Source: Bugula neritina (lineage: Eukaryota; Animalia; Bryozoa). Taken from it: a stretch of 64,000 nt of DNA. This document shows, one piece after another, positions 23,711 through 37,093 of this stretch (position 1 is the stretch's first letter; the number at the start of each line of letters is the position of its first letter). Under the pieces are notes generated by a model. That model did no database searches. It saw nothing but the letters and a program-made list of their open reading frames with translations, and was not told the origin of the DNA. A program made the translations under genes and the position numbers. Where the stretch lies: assembly GCA_964035545.1 (NCBI GenBank), contig OZ037773.1:5671751-5735750 (forward strand), written 5' to 3'.

Positions 23711-26700
23711 CTACATGTGGCACTGCTTACTGTCGGCCACCCTCTCTGCAAGTCCACCGTAATGTACACGGAACTTCTTACCAGCCCAGATTATGTCCCG
23801 TTGTTTAAGGAGTCTGGGGAGCAGGTACAGAGGGGACAACTCCCTGAACACCCACGCTCGCACAAACGAGCAGATTGAAAATGTTGGCCTCTTGCCCTGA
23901 AATAAAAGGTTTACATTATTCACTTTAAAGTACAACACAAATCTTGGAAAATGATTCTCACCAATTTTGACATTCTGAATAGCTGTTTAACAGGGGAATT
24001 GCAGATTATTACATTTGATATTAATTGTGAAATTCCAGCTAAATTCCATTTAAAACCTCTTAATAAATGATGAAGAAAAACTGATAGAAAAATTGCTTGC
24101 TTCCATTTATGTATGACAACTCCATGATCTGCCCAACACCAAATATTATTACAATGGAAAAGCAATATATATTTAACATCTGGTAGCTATAGAATCAATA
24201 CCCGATCACATACTTTACACTTTTGTTTTACTTACAATTGGCACTTGGGTGCAGACATTAGATATTTTACAAAACCATAACCATAATTAATAAGTCAGTC
24301 TAGAGAAAGTAGGCGTGGTCTACAAATGTGGCTAAGAAGTAGTAAGCACAGCAAACAGTCAGGTGAAATAGTTGATGTAACTGAGACATGTACATTAAGT
24401 TCCATTTAAAAATTGAACTAATAATTAGTTCCACCACTATTGAAATTAATTATTGGGCTCTCTAGCACACCCCCCACACACTGGTTGCTACAGTATATAC
24501 ACACAGGCTTACCTGGACAATAGTCAGCAAGATATAATCAGCTATGATCCAGACTAAAAAGTGAGCGGGTATGAATATATAGGGCATGATATTGAACATG
24601 TAGTAGAGTGCTAGAGAGGTCAATGGGGCTAAGTATATATGTTCTTGTATCGGCTCCAGAACCAGTAACATGGGCAGTTGAGTGCTGCGTAGATACATCC
24701 ACCTGAAAAAATCAATCACCAGTTTGCATTGCATTCACTGAAAGACAATAATTTTAGAAAACTTTAAGAGATTAATAGGGAAAAGATTTCATTCAAGAGC
24801 TATAAGGGTCAGTCTGTCTAGCACTATATCGAGTATAATCACAAGGCACTGTCACTATCGAAGGTCATCAGTTACTAGACATTTTAAATAACAGTGGAAA
24901 GCCCGAGACATACTGATGCAACTAGACAACAATACATCATTATATCAGGAAGTTACAAGTGTGTAAAAAGTTTGGACTGGCAATGCTTGACCTGATACAA
25001 TGCAAAATCCTCCATCTTGTATCATTAATTTTCTAGGGCACATTTTATATATCATATACATTATCCACCCCGAACAATATAAAAATGTGGTAAACAATTT
25101 TAAAAAGTAATTACATGAAAAAATAAAACATTAGTATCATAAGAAGACACCTGCAATCATGCTAAAAACTGTAGTATATTCACAGCGTTAGTAAAAATGC
25201 TGTTACGAGATCAAATATTTAAAACTTTTTCAAGGCTCTAAAAACTGTTAAAAAGTTATAGTGAGCTCTCTTTAGCCATAGTAAATAAGATTTAAATAGA
25301 AATAATAAGAAAGAAGAATTCACACCTGAGCATCCTTGCTTGATATGTCTGTATAGAAACGGACTTGGGATTCTGTAGCCCTGGTTGAGAGCTAAGCTCC
25401 ACTCGCCACCCCCTAAAATATGCACATAGCTTTATACACTACTTTTTTCCCATATACACCACTTCTTAATATAATTACTAACATACACTACCCCCTGAAG
25501 TATGCACATAGCTTTATACACCACTTCTTTTCCATATAAGTTAGTAATATACACTGCACACTAGAATATTTTAAAATTATTTACTTGAAAATACATACAT
25601 GCTGCATCTCTTACATGATCATGAGCATACTTATAAGTTTCCATTGATTTTTTAGAATATACAACAACTTATATGCACTTAAAATCTTCTGTCTTCTGGA
25701 ATGTTCATTGGGAAACAAATGAGGTCAGGAGTAGCAAGTATGAGAAACAGTTATATATGTTACAACTTACAATGAGACTGAAAATTTACACACACAGAGG
25801 GCGCTTTAATCTTCTACAAGACAACACATATTTGAGCAAAGGAGGTTTGGTGAAACATTTGTTGAAAAACCATACATACAAGAGAACATTGAAATATTGT
25901 GTTTATTGCTATCACACTTGCAACCACTTGCTACAAACTGTCATATTTGCGATCAACCACTCATAGAATGCTACCTAATTTAGGTAATCATTTGTAATCA
26001 ATTGCCTTGTGATGTCATAGACAACAAATGGCAGCTCTGAAGACTAACAATAAAATATTCTGCTAACAGGAAATAATACTTTGAAATAATTTTATCTGGT
26101 ACATCTAATATTTACCCATAATACAATGTACAGTTTGCTCTCCCTGTATACTATCCAACATGGTTTATACATAAAATAAAGAGCTGAAACTTTATCAAAT
26201 GACACCATCAATCTCGACAAGCTGCTCTACATATAGACTAACTCACAACCACTTGCTAAGCGATGTCACTGATGTCACTGTCAAATAAACTCACTTGTTA
26301 ATGATGAGCTGAGTCAGGAAAAAGTCTTCCCCGAGATAATTTCCCATTGACACCAGTCCGCCTTCTTCATCCAAGATCTTCTTCCGGAACACACAGGACA
26401 TGCTTGTCATACAGTTGAACCCAAAAGCATTGGCGAATAGATAAATCCTTGAGTGGGCCCCACCAAACCATACCTGAAAAACAAAGAGAGTAAAAAACCA
26501 ATTTTTAATAAACAATAATTGTTAGGTATGCTTAAATGTTAGAAGGCAAGAAATTAACAGATTTAAAGCTGTATGTAGCGTTTAAGAAAACTTTTTGGCC
26601 AGTTGTAATAAATTTTTTGAAACCTGCGGAACAGTTTAGTAGACCAGCAGATATAATTATAGAATAGAATAGAACAATATATTAAACCCCAGTTTCCCTT

Positions 26701-28813
26701 TTCTAGAGCTGGCATGATGAAGTATTGGATAAAGCAACTCACAAGTACAACGTTGGAGCCGTAACAATTTAAGTTCAACCATTACTAATTTTTACATGAA
26801 GGAATAAGGCTTTGATAAGTACTTGGCAATCACCTGTTCAACTTGGCGACAGAAAGACAAGTCCCCATCACACATAATGGGCACCTGGTGCACCAGACCC
26901 ACCTTTTCAGTCATGTGACTCACCATGTCAGTGAGAGTGTCAGGTTTCACTGAAACATAGACACAAAATGGTGAATATTAGCATCTTCCAAGAATGTAAA
27001 GTGAAATACAAAAAAGTTCTAAAAATAGATTACAAAAATGACTCATTCTCAAACGAGAGCCAATCAGAACAGCCCTTACTTTTCTAATTATATAGTTTTG
27101 ATATTCGAAGATACTCACTCTTAATACTAGAGTCGGAGATCATAAGAAGAGGAAACTGAGCTTGATCATACCCGTTCAGCATGTTGTTGACTTTGGGATT
27201 AACAACAATATCTTTAGCACCTGAGGGAACAAAATACAACCCTGTTTAGAAAAATCCTTAGACTTAGTATGACATGTGGCCAGTGTATAATCAGAGAATA
27301 GTGTCGAGTTGGAGACTGATGCCATCTTGTTTATGTTGAATATTAGAATAAAATTGATAGAGTTGTAGTTGACAAGACTGTTATATTTTGCGTATGTGGA
27401 AGAAGAGAAAGAAAGAGAAAAAGTATTGTGGGTAATATAATAAAGTATTCGTACAGAGAGAAGACAATAATATGGTTATTTGTTAGTTATAAATGTTCAT
27501 TGTCACAACAGCGAAAGATTGTATTCTATCAACAAATAGTATTTATTAAATATTTTCTGAAAGTTTCTTTTAACGAAATAGTGTGCACAGTTTATTCTTT
27601 ACCGATAAAGATTTGAGATTCAACTTCAGGATATTGTAGCATGAGTTCATTGACCAGCTGGATAAGATTTTTATCATTCCTGTCTTGTATACAGAAAAGG
27701 AGCTCAAACTAAAAAGTTAAATGCGTCATTAGATCTCAATGCTTCAGCTAATAAAATACAACAATAAAACAATAATTAAATACCATACATGGACGTTACA
27801 ACAGATATGCACTTAACTAAACACACAATATTTTGAAAACAAACTTGATTACCAATCCTATAAATATATTGGTCTAGGTTATTCACGTAATAGTTACTTA
27901 CTATAATAGCAACTTATATTTCTCAAATAGCTTGAAGGTAAGTGAGCTTGGCCCATAATTGAAAACTGTGAGTACATATGAAAAATTATGAAGATGAGAA
28001 TTTAAAAATTTACCTATTGATTGATTGTTTTATAGATTAAAACTAAATGTCTACATATTTTTGCTTTTATCTTAATTTGGCACTAATATGATCAACAAGT
28101 AATATCAATTGAAATATTTTTAAACAAAATTTTACAGTTACATCTGGACATACCTTGGGATAATTCAGCTCAAAAAATGTAATTAGATTTTCTTTCAGGT
28201 TGGAATCCAAAACTGAACACAGAGGCTTAACTATGCTAACACCCAGTAGGCAACTAGACTGTTGTTCTGTGTCCCCATCTGTCACCTTTTTATGAAGATG
28301 GCATTTGCTGCAAGGATGAAAATTCGCCTAGAGTGGCACTAGCAGTTAATAGTTAATACTACTGCATTATTATTAATAAATTTAAACAACATAATTCAAG
28401 TTATGTGTAACGACAGGTTTGATACTTATACTTGAAGTAAAAAAAATAAATCACTTTTAGTTTCAAGTTATGTTTCATTTTAAAAAAAATAGTAGGCCTA
28501 AATAATTTAGTAAATATAAAAAGTAATTTGAATTTTATCAATAACTCAAATTCAATATATATAAATCTCCAATCAATATTGATTCTTGATACAACAATTT
28601 TAACTTCAAAAAAAATTTACTTTTAATTATTAATTAGTCAATTCATGCTCAAAATGTACTAGAAAGTTACAGTTACACATAACTAGAAGTACTAGTAGAC
28701 GATTACCTGTAAACGAGTGCACCGAAGTAGATCATCCAAACGATAGACCAAGCCAGTATCATAATGCACGACATTACAAACGACCAATCCACACCGTAAA
28801 GAGCTTTATGCAT
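23711..28813 (-). CDS. UGCG: Ceramide glucosyltransferase (glucosylceramide synthase, GT21), ~408 aa
   Basis: 9 exons: 28707-28813, 28154-28307, 27603-27708, 27119-27220, 26834-26949, 26295-26473, 25326-25412, 24513-24702, 23711-23896. N-terminal [55 protein letters not shown]. Confidence 0.95.
25405..25560 (-). repeat. ~82-bp tandem duplication of the UGCG exon 7 acceptor
   Basis: Real site GCATATTTTAG|GGGGTGG (exon starts 25412); upstream copy GCATACTTCAG|GGGGTAG (25494). Confidence 0.8.
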
Positions 28814-29677
28814 GTTTATACAACAATTCTAACAATCAAAATAACAAGAATTCAACATTTTAGCAAGGCCTATTGATGAAGACAGAGAGTCGAATTGAAG
28901 GTGGTGGAGTAACTTTTTATAGTAACTTGGCAGCCAGCGACCATGACCTACTCGCGCTCCAATTAACCAATAGCAATGTAGAACTATAAATAGTTTTAAA
29001 ATGGGCTCGACTGACCTACTCTTGAAAAATCCGTCGATGTTGCGGGTACAGTTTGAAGAATCACGATATTTTGTGCGCAGAAATAAAATGTCGCATGAGA
29101 AAATAACTCTGAAAAGTGCTTTTGATGGGCATTTGCAAGGTAGAATAATTAATGTTGTTTAATATAACATGTATAAAATATTATATTACCTGCTATGCAC
29201 CAACTATTACTATACACTATACACCTTCTCGACTGTGCGCAGATTTAAAAAAGACAATCATCTTCAAAAATTATAATTTGTGAGTGCAAAACTGCTGTTG
29301 GAGCACTTATATAGACTACATTTAAAAACTTCACTTGAAAATTTTGTTTGACTGCAATTGAATATTGTAACTTTGGGCTGAAGTTTAATTTAGTTTTTAG
29401 ATTTCATAGTAAGTGTTCAGATTTGTTAAATCATAATAAGTTCTACAATAGGATGAATATACAAGGTTTTTACAAATTTCTTCCTCAGTGTATTTGAATA
29501 TGATTATTATTACAGTATAAACAGAACCATACAAACTCTAAGGTGAGAATGAAACTTAAAGAATATTCCAGAAGCCATAATAATATGGAACTTGACATGT
29601 TTATCAAAATATACAAAACAACATTTTTATATACAGAAATGGCAATTGTTAGACTGAGCTCCCGGGAACTTAAAGCC

Positions 29678-32475
29678 TCAGCCAACAGGTCCCAAGTAAT
29701 CATCCATCAGCGATCCAATTGCAAACTGAAAGAAGTAAAATATAAACAGTGAAAAAGTTCATCTATCAAGAATCATATTTTTCCTATCAGAATGCATGCA
29801 GAAAATGGCCACGTAACATTTTTTGAGCAGTCAAATTGGATGACATATAATGACATAATTTACAATTATATTTATACCACTTTCCTAGAAACATAGGAGA
29901 AAAACTTAGTCTTGGAAATATTAACCTTTTAAAAATTTGCTGTTCATAAACAAAGTGTTTGCCCAGCAATGATTTGTTCAAGTATTCACCACGGGTTTAT
30001 ACAGAAATAGCTGCTTATGTTTATTATTGTTAAATCAAACTTTGCAAATGACTCATGAAATCCTAAAAGGCAAAGTGTTATTCTAACCAAGAGAATGCAA
30101 ATTAGCATAATTGTGATTATTCTTCTCCAGTGTGTTTTGACCCTCATAATAATCTAAAGTAGGAAAAGATAACTCAAAATATTGTTTAATATTTCCACAT
30201 ATGGGAATACTAAACAGTATTTTGAGCTATCTTGAGAAGATAACTTACTATGTCATTTGCGTCGACCCTCGTACCAATGATTTTTACACGGATTTCGTCA
30301 TCCACTTGTATTACAACGTCCTAGAACACATGATAAAAGATAAGTGCAAATATGATTCACTCTGTAATACAGCATTAGCTTGTCAACTAGCTGAAAGACA
30401 GTGATTTGATGTTTTCGCTGAGAAATAACCCTGAAACTAAACATTCGAGTTATTTGCACACCACATGTATAGTGAGTGACTACTTATCCTTTGACTGCAA
30501 GCAAACTAACCTCTTACCACTGTAACCAATCTTAAAGTAGTTACTGAACCATAAAACTAGACAAGCAAATAAAACTGGAAGTTAAAGAATTTACTATATT
30601 GCTAGCATTGTGTGAATGGTGTGCGATATTTAATGTATTCTTGGTATTACATGATAAGCATAAGGTAATTGGGGGCGTAACTCTTAATAACTGTGAATAG
30701 CTGAGTGAAAAATACCTCATCTTTAGTTTTATAGCAAGGAGGGGTGGATTCTGGATCAAATTCCATGTCTCCAGGAATCGACTGTAAAATACAAAACTGT
30801 ATTGCAAGGATGTTGACTGTACCACCAGAGAGTCAGTTATCAGAACTAGTGAGGCATAGAGTAAGAACATGGATATCTAGCAGCAATATTGAGAAGAAAA
30901 GGCAGCAACATGTACCATGGTATGTGCATCAGCATTCTAAATACGACCAATTCAATGACCAATGAGCATCCATCTACTAGAATTAAGGTAAAACTAGGTA
31001 TGATTTTACCATCATATATATCACTAACACATATCAGTGACTATACATATACATAATAGTGACTATCACACTATTGCTCCAGCAAAAAGTTGTAAAATAT
31101 AGGCATCCATATTATACTTTGTATATAAGAACATAAACTGTACTCACATGTTTAGAGATGAAACAAGAAAGAGGACCTGCTTCTACGAACATTCCCACCT
31201 GAATAACATGTTTACGAACCAAATTATTACCAATTATAGTTTTTGGGCATAGAAAATGTACTGTTCCTACTTTACTACATAAATAATAGCTTTTGTGAAA
31301 ATTATAAATACTTATCACAGTTTCTTTTAAGAAAAAGGCTGTAAAGCAATGGGAAATCAGTAGTTAGAACTAGTTTAACTTGTTTACTAGTTCTGGCAGT
31401 ACCTTATTGACTTGGGTGACAATGGCTTCTATAACCTCTCCTTTGATTGGACGAAACACTATTGCCTTGTATTTGATTGGATAATTGACGAACCCTCTGC
31501 CTGGTAGTATCTGCCCAGAGCCAATACTGTCTATAGTTGTAACAGCTATTACGAATCCATATCTACAAAACAGGTTATACATCACACATTTTCTTACTAT
31601 AAAACTGTACAATATATTACTATGCATGTACATATATCATACAGCTGTGTATATTACTATACACATATCATACAACTGTATATATTACTATACACACATC
31701 ATACAACTGTGTATATTACTATACACATATCATACAGCTGTATGACATATTACTATACATATATCATACAACTGTGTATATTACTATACATATATCATAC
31801 ACATATCTATACTACTATATAATAGCTGCTACATACTTTCCACTGCATGTCCCTTCTACTTCATTGAATAACTTCTGTTTAACAACATTGAGTAAACTTG
31901 GTCCAAAATAGCAGGGGTGGAGCAAAACCTCGTGATCTAGGGATACCTGAAAGGTATAACAACTTCAAGCATTATAACATTCGGATTATGCATATTTTGA
32001 GGTTAACAAAAATTTGTAAATAAAATGTTCATAGCAAAGGGTACAAGTGTGTGTCCGCTTTAAATACATATAACAAAATCTTTGTACATAAGTAAATTTC
32101 ATGGAAATATAAAATTTATGCTAACAAGAAATGTTTGTGAAACACGAGAAACCGCAACCGACACCATTGGATATAATGAGTAAATCTTTACAATGAAAAA
32201 ACAACAATGAGATATTGATATACTCAATGACAAAATAGTGGTGGTAATAGGTGTAATGCCATCCTGAACCTTGACAGCGGACTACGTGAGAAAAGTGAGA
32301 AATAGGAGTAATGCAAATGGTGATAAAATGATTACTTCAGAAAGCAAGTGTATTCTAAAAGAGTAGCTAAATACCAGAGTAAACCATGATATGAACATGG
32401 AGACGATATTAATATGATATCCAACTAAGTGTTGTAACCTAAACTGCTACAAGTAATACTTACATGATAAAACAT
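29678..32475 (-). CDS. POLR2G: DNA-directed RNA polymerase II subunit RPB7, 172 aa
   Basis: 7 exons: 32464-32475, 31837-31946, 31403-31562, 31148-31198, 30716-30781, 30249-30320, 29678-29725; MFYH|[11 protein letters not shown]...[16 protein letters not shown]...[12 protein letters not shown]. Confidence 0.97.
31625..31815. repeat. ~31-bp minisatellite TATACACATATCATACAACTGTGTATATTAC in RPB7 intron 2
   Basis: About 6 copies starting ~20 bp from the donor. Confidence 0.9.
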
Positions 32476-32740
32476 GTTGTTAAAGTTGTTTTTTTTTCGA
32501 CTTCAGAAATTTAGACTTCTAAACCAGAAGTTAGAGGTGCACTGTTCAGAGAAAGATTATGTCTAAAAATAAAACTTTACTTGAACTAAAACTTCAATTA
32601 AATCTAAAAATAATTAGTTGCTATTGTCGAGTTGGCTGATGATGATTATATTGTCCTTTATTATTCCTGTTGGTGGCTTATATACAAAATGATCACTGTT
32701 AGCAAATTAATAAACAAGTGACTGACTTTAAACTTATATA

Positions 32741-34459
32741 CCGTAAAATGGGGTAACATTGGCCGTTTTGAGACATATTTTGGGTGTCATATGAAAGGAT
32801 TACAATATTCTTTAAAATTTTTGGATGCTAAATGAAGCTTATCAACATATGCACTAAATGAAAGAATCATTTGCAGTTTGGGACTGCTAGATCTCCTGTG
32901 GTATTAAAAAAAGTAGGTGGCCAAAGTTACCCTATTTTCGGGGTAACTTTGGCCGGTGTCGTTATTCTCCATGTAGCTTAAGTTAACAGCACTTGGAGCT
33001 TTTTTAGCCAGTTAGAAATTAAAGAACAACATTATTCAACTTCATTACTACAAAAAAAAATTATTTTAGACAAAATGCAAGCTATAATAGTGTAATTTTT
33101 GCATTGAAACCACGGCTATTCCAGGTACATTGTTATTAAGTGGAAAAATTTTTGTATATGTATAAAAAATCATGTATTTTGCTGGCAACATTGAATAAAT
33201 CACTGTACAAGTTCAAATTCCATTGAAGTTAATCTTAAATTCAAGTATGCCCTTTCAAACTATAGGCTGTGGCAGTTGTCTGTAGATTTTTTAAATAATG
33301 CGTAATGTCTTCAGAATTAACTGTTGCCCATTCCGGTGCTATGTTTTGGCACAACCTGTGAGACAAGCTATCTTTATGTCTTGACATAAAACTGAGACTC
33401 CAGTGATCTTGAGGGTAGTTGCTTTTGAAATGTTGCACTCTTCTCTCACATTTGTCAAAATAGGTCTTGACTATTATTCGAAAGTCTGTTTTATCTAATG
33501 GAAAGCCCCATTGAGCCAGCTTTGTAGTAGGTATGGTCAACAATGGCTACCTCCTCTACTTGTGATAACACAGTTTGGCGTCCCGGCTCCAGCTTGTGTC
33601 TTCATGCGGCTCTGTTTTGTAGTGTTCCTTTGGTAATATCATATTTCTAGCCACTTCTTGTCAAGACTTTCCAGCTGCCAATTCTTGTGAATAAAGCAAA
33701 ACCAATGATCTCCTCAGATATACCATATCTTGGAGATGTTACTTTTCTTTAATATTTTCTGAGTATAATTGTCCTGAAAAATACATTTTACAATGCATGG
33801 TCAAATTCTTATATAAAAAAAAACATTCAAACACAAAATTGCTGTCTGGGAACAAAAATGCATAATTCCCCATGTAATTATTTCATATTTCGGACTTTAA
33901 GTTGTTTCAAATATATAACTAAAGCATTGGGTATAGGTGAATCAAATGATTGTGCTTTTAGAGAGTAATGTACCATATGTCTGAAGTAACAGAAAATTCG
34001 CAGCGCTGCCAGAAACCTACTTTGGAGTACCATTTAGTCATGGCCAAAGTTACCCCAAATTCGTCAAAAATTGTACACAGTGAATTCAAGACACATATTT
34101 TAATTTTGGATTTCAATTTATTTATCTAAATTACAAATATCCTGGTTAAATACTTACCAAAGTTCTTTAATACAAAAAAGAAAATGAGTCCAGCTTTTCT
34201 AATGCCTTCAAATAGATTAAAGTTGGACAGCGCTGAAAATCTTGTTGTCAAACAGGAAATTGAAAATGGCTGACAGCAAGAAGCAGCAAATAAGTATATC
34301 AATTATTTTTCAGGAATAGGATGCACCAATCTGCAGTCAGTGCATATATACAATTAAAATATCTTTAGACTTCATAGATATAGCACCAGCTACATTTTAA
34401 ACATTTTTTCCAAAGTGGCCAAAGTTACCCCAAGTGGCTAAAGTTACCCCATTTTACGG
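32741..34459 (-). mobile_element. pogo/Tigger-type (Tc1/mariner superfamily) DNA transposon, internally deleted and non-autonomous
   Basis: TIRs CCGTAAAATGGGGTAAC.TT.GCC at both ends, flanked by TA; subterminal GGCCAAAGTTACCC repeats (~32918, ~32941, ~34041, ~34417); disrupted transposase N-terminus on the minus strand. Confidence 0.9.
33241..33770 (-). pseudogene. Transposase remnant: psq-type HTH plus CENP-B/Tc5 HTH; no DDE domain
   Basis: KYDITKGTLQN...GRQTVLSQVEE then, after a frameshift, LAQWGFPLDKTDFRIIVKTYFDK...HWSLSFMSRHKDSLSHRLCQNI; in-frame stops, and no DDE-like sequence before the TIR. Confidence 0.8.
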
Positions 34460-35259
34460 TATTCCAAAGATTTACAGATAAATACAGCAAGGCAATCTCA
34501 ACTTTGCATGATTTCACTTCAACAAATATCCATATGACTAAATATATCACTTGAGTGGAAATAAAATTAATTTTAAATAAAAGCCCACTTCTTTTAAAGC
34601 ACTAAGAAGCAATTTTTAATGGTGATAACAATACTACTATTTATTCTATAATGGAACTAAAATGGCACATGGCAGAGGTAAAGATAAAGGCGATATCGAA
34701 ATCTTAGACATATTCAATTAAAAAACTAATAAATATAAAATATCAGCATGATTTTAGTCATTTTTCAACTTTTAATTAGCAAAAATTGTTGGCCGAAACA
34801 AAAATTTTCATTACTGATGACAACCTCGGGAGCTGAAGCATACTTAAATTATTACAGATATAAAATTATATATATATATTCATCATATTGACTATTATTT
34901 TGATAAAGCTGTATTATTATTAATACTATTAAACATAAAACTAAAACTTGTCAACATCAGCATAAATTTGAAAATAATTATTATTTTGATTTTCAATATA
35001 AATATAATCATAAAAATAATTAATTTAAGAATGACTTAGACCTCGAATTTCATATTTAATATGCATTGTGATTGTGACGGTCGAATAAGATTAAGATATC
35101 AATGTCAGTGTGATTATCATATTGTTAATTATAATAAAAATCTGAATCACACGCATATCTATAGACCATAGTCAATAGTGATATGGTAGCCTATTGGTGA
35201 TCATGATGGTCCTACTAATAATATGCATATGAATACGTTTATCAAAAAGTAATACTTAT

Positions 35260-35945
35260 ACAATATAACTTATAGTTATACTATAATAATAACTATTTTA
35301 TACTACAATTACAATAATAATGTTCACTGTACTGTTGTACTTACTGTTAGCTAAAAGTAAATATCAATACTTCAAGTTAAATTAACACTCATACTCATAC
35401 TGATACCAATACGAATAGTAATAGTTACAGTAACAGTCATTGACATTAACACTACTAGCAACAGCAACACTAGTCACTAGACCTACGTCTAGTGACTATT
35501 AGTATTAGTATTAGACTTAGCATTAGTATTAATAGTAGTACTACTACTTGCACTGTAGAATTACTAGTAGAACTAGAACTGTAGAAGTATTAGTAGCCAG
35601 TACTCAGTACGGCCACTGGCACTGTGTCAGTGTGAGACTGAGTGTCGCCGTGACTGTCTGTACTACTACGTCTACTGGTAGTACTACTACTAGTACTAGT
35701 AGTACTAGTACTTTACTAGTACTAGTACTACTACTTGGCCTAGTAGCTGTAGTGATACTAGTACTAGTACTAGTAGTTCAATTTCAAGTTGAACTAGTCA
35801 TTGTCAGTAGCCACTGTCAGACTAAAACTAAAAGTAAGACTAAGACTAAGAGTAAGACTAAGACTAAGAGTAAGAGTAAGTCAAAGTGTCACTAGTGTTA
35901 CACTTACTGTGTTACTGTTACTATAACTATTAATATTAGTCATAC
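35260..35945. repeat. Triplet-periodic low-complexity tract (ACT/AGT/TAG; ACTAGT and AGTACT palindromes; TAAGAS hexamers)
   Basis: Directly visible; produces the spurious ORF 35548-35895. Confidence 0.8.
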
Positions 35946-36309
35946 TCATAGATAAACAATAACTCTGAAAGAGAAAGACTAATGGCTTATCAATTAGACA
36001 CCTAAAGTAAACGAAAAGTTACACAAAATTGAAATTTAAATTCATCATCATGATCATGATGCCTTTTCCTTTGGTTGTTTCTTTTTATAAAATTATACGG
36101 CGGTTTATCGACTTCGTTTCGAATAAAAACTTTTTATACAAATAAATAAGCCTTAAATTTGTTGCATCAATAAATGCAAAAATTTTTATTTTAAAAAAAA
36201 ATTGTTAACAAATAACAACATTATTTTTTTCAAGGAATTACATACGCGACTAATTCAAACAGTACTAGTATCTGAAATTTTCCTTCACCAAAGATTACCT
36301 TGACGCGAT

Positions 36310-36800
36310 TGGCGATAGTGATACTAATGCTAATACTTATAGTTATAGTTATAGTTATACTAATAGTAATAGTATTAATTATAGTGATACTCATAGTCAA
36401 TTAACTATCAAATCATGGTCATACTCATACTGATAGTGGCAGATGATAGTTATAGTGATAGTGTGATACACGTAAATTAACAGTAACAGTAAGTCTTAGA
36501 CAGTAACTTAGAGTAGGTAACTTACTCTTAGTCTAGCTTCTACTTCTAGTTCTAAAAGTGAAAGTAAAACATACTGGTACTCCTAGTGACACTGATAGTC
36601 AAACTCATACTCATAGTCATAGTGATAGTGTCAGTGATAGTGATACTGATTACCCCAGATGAGCCTGAAGTAGAACGTTCTTGCAATCTCAATCTGTGTT
36701 CAGATCTGATGTCATAGTGATTTAATTTCATAATAATAATTAGTACTATTACAGTATTAGTATTAGTACTATTGCCAAGGTATTGCCATTACTATTAGCT
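36310..36800. repeat. Triplet-periodic low-complexity tract (ATAGTG, ATAGTT, ATACTC) upstream of MRPL4
   Basis: Directly visible. Confidence 0.7.
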
Positions 36801-37093
36801 TTGAGATTGGCCATTGGGTTTTTGTGAACTCGGGCATTGCTTGTTGCTGTTATGTTGTTAGCAATTAAAGTTGATGTGCTACACAAGTTTGAGTTTCAAA
36901 GTAACATAGCTTTGGAAAAAATGAATAAATGTTCATAAAAATTTGAATCGATTTGTTCAAGAGTAAAATTATTTATAATTAATAAAATTGTTTATAATTT
37001 TATTGGTGCTTGGAATTTATTACAATCATTATATAATGTCCTTCAGTATGTCACAATATGATATATTTATTTATTTAGATTACTAGAGTTACA

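Noticed and set aside
35548-35895. 115-aa ORF with a hydrophobic stretch and KT/KS repeats
   Set aside because: Arises from low-complexity triplet and hexamer repeats; no splice or homology support
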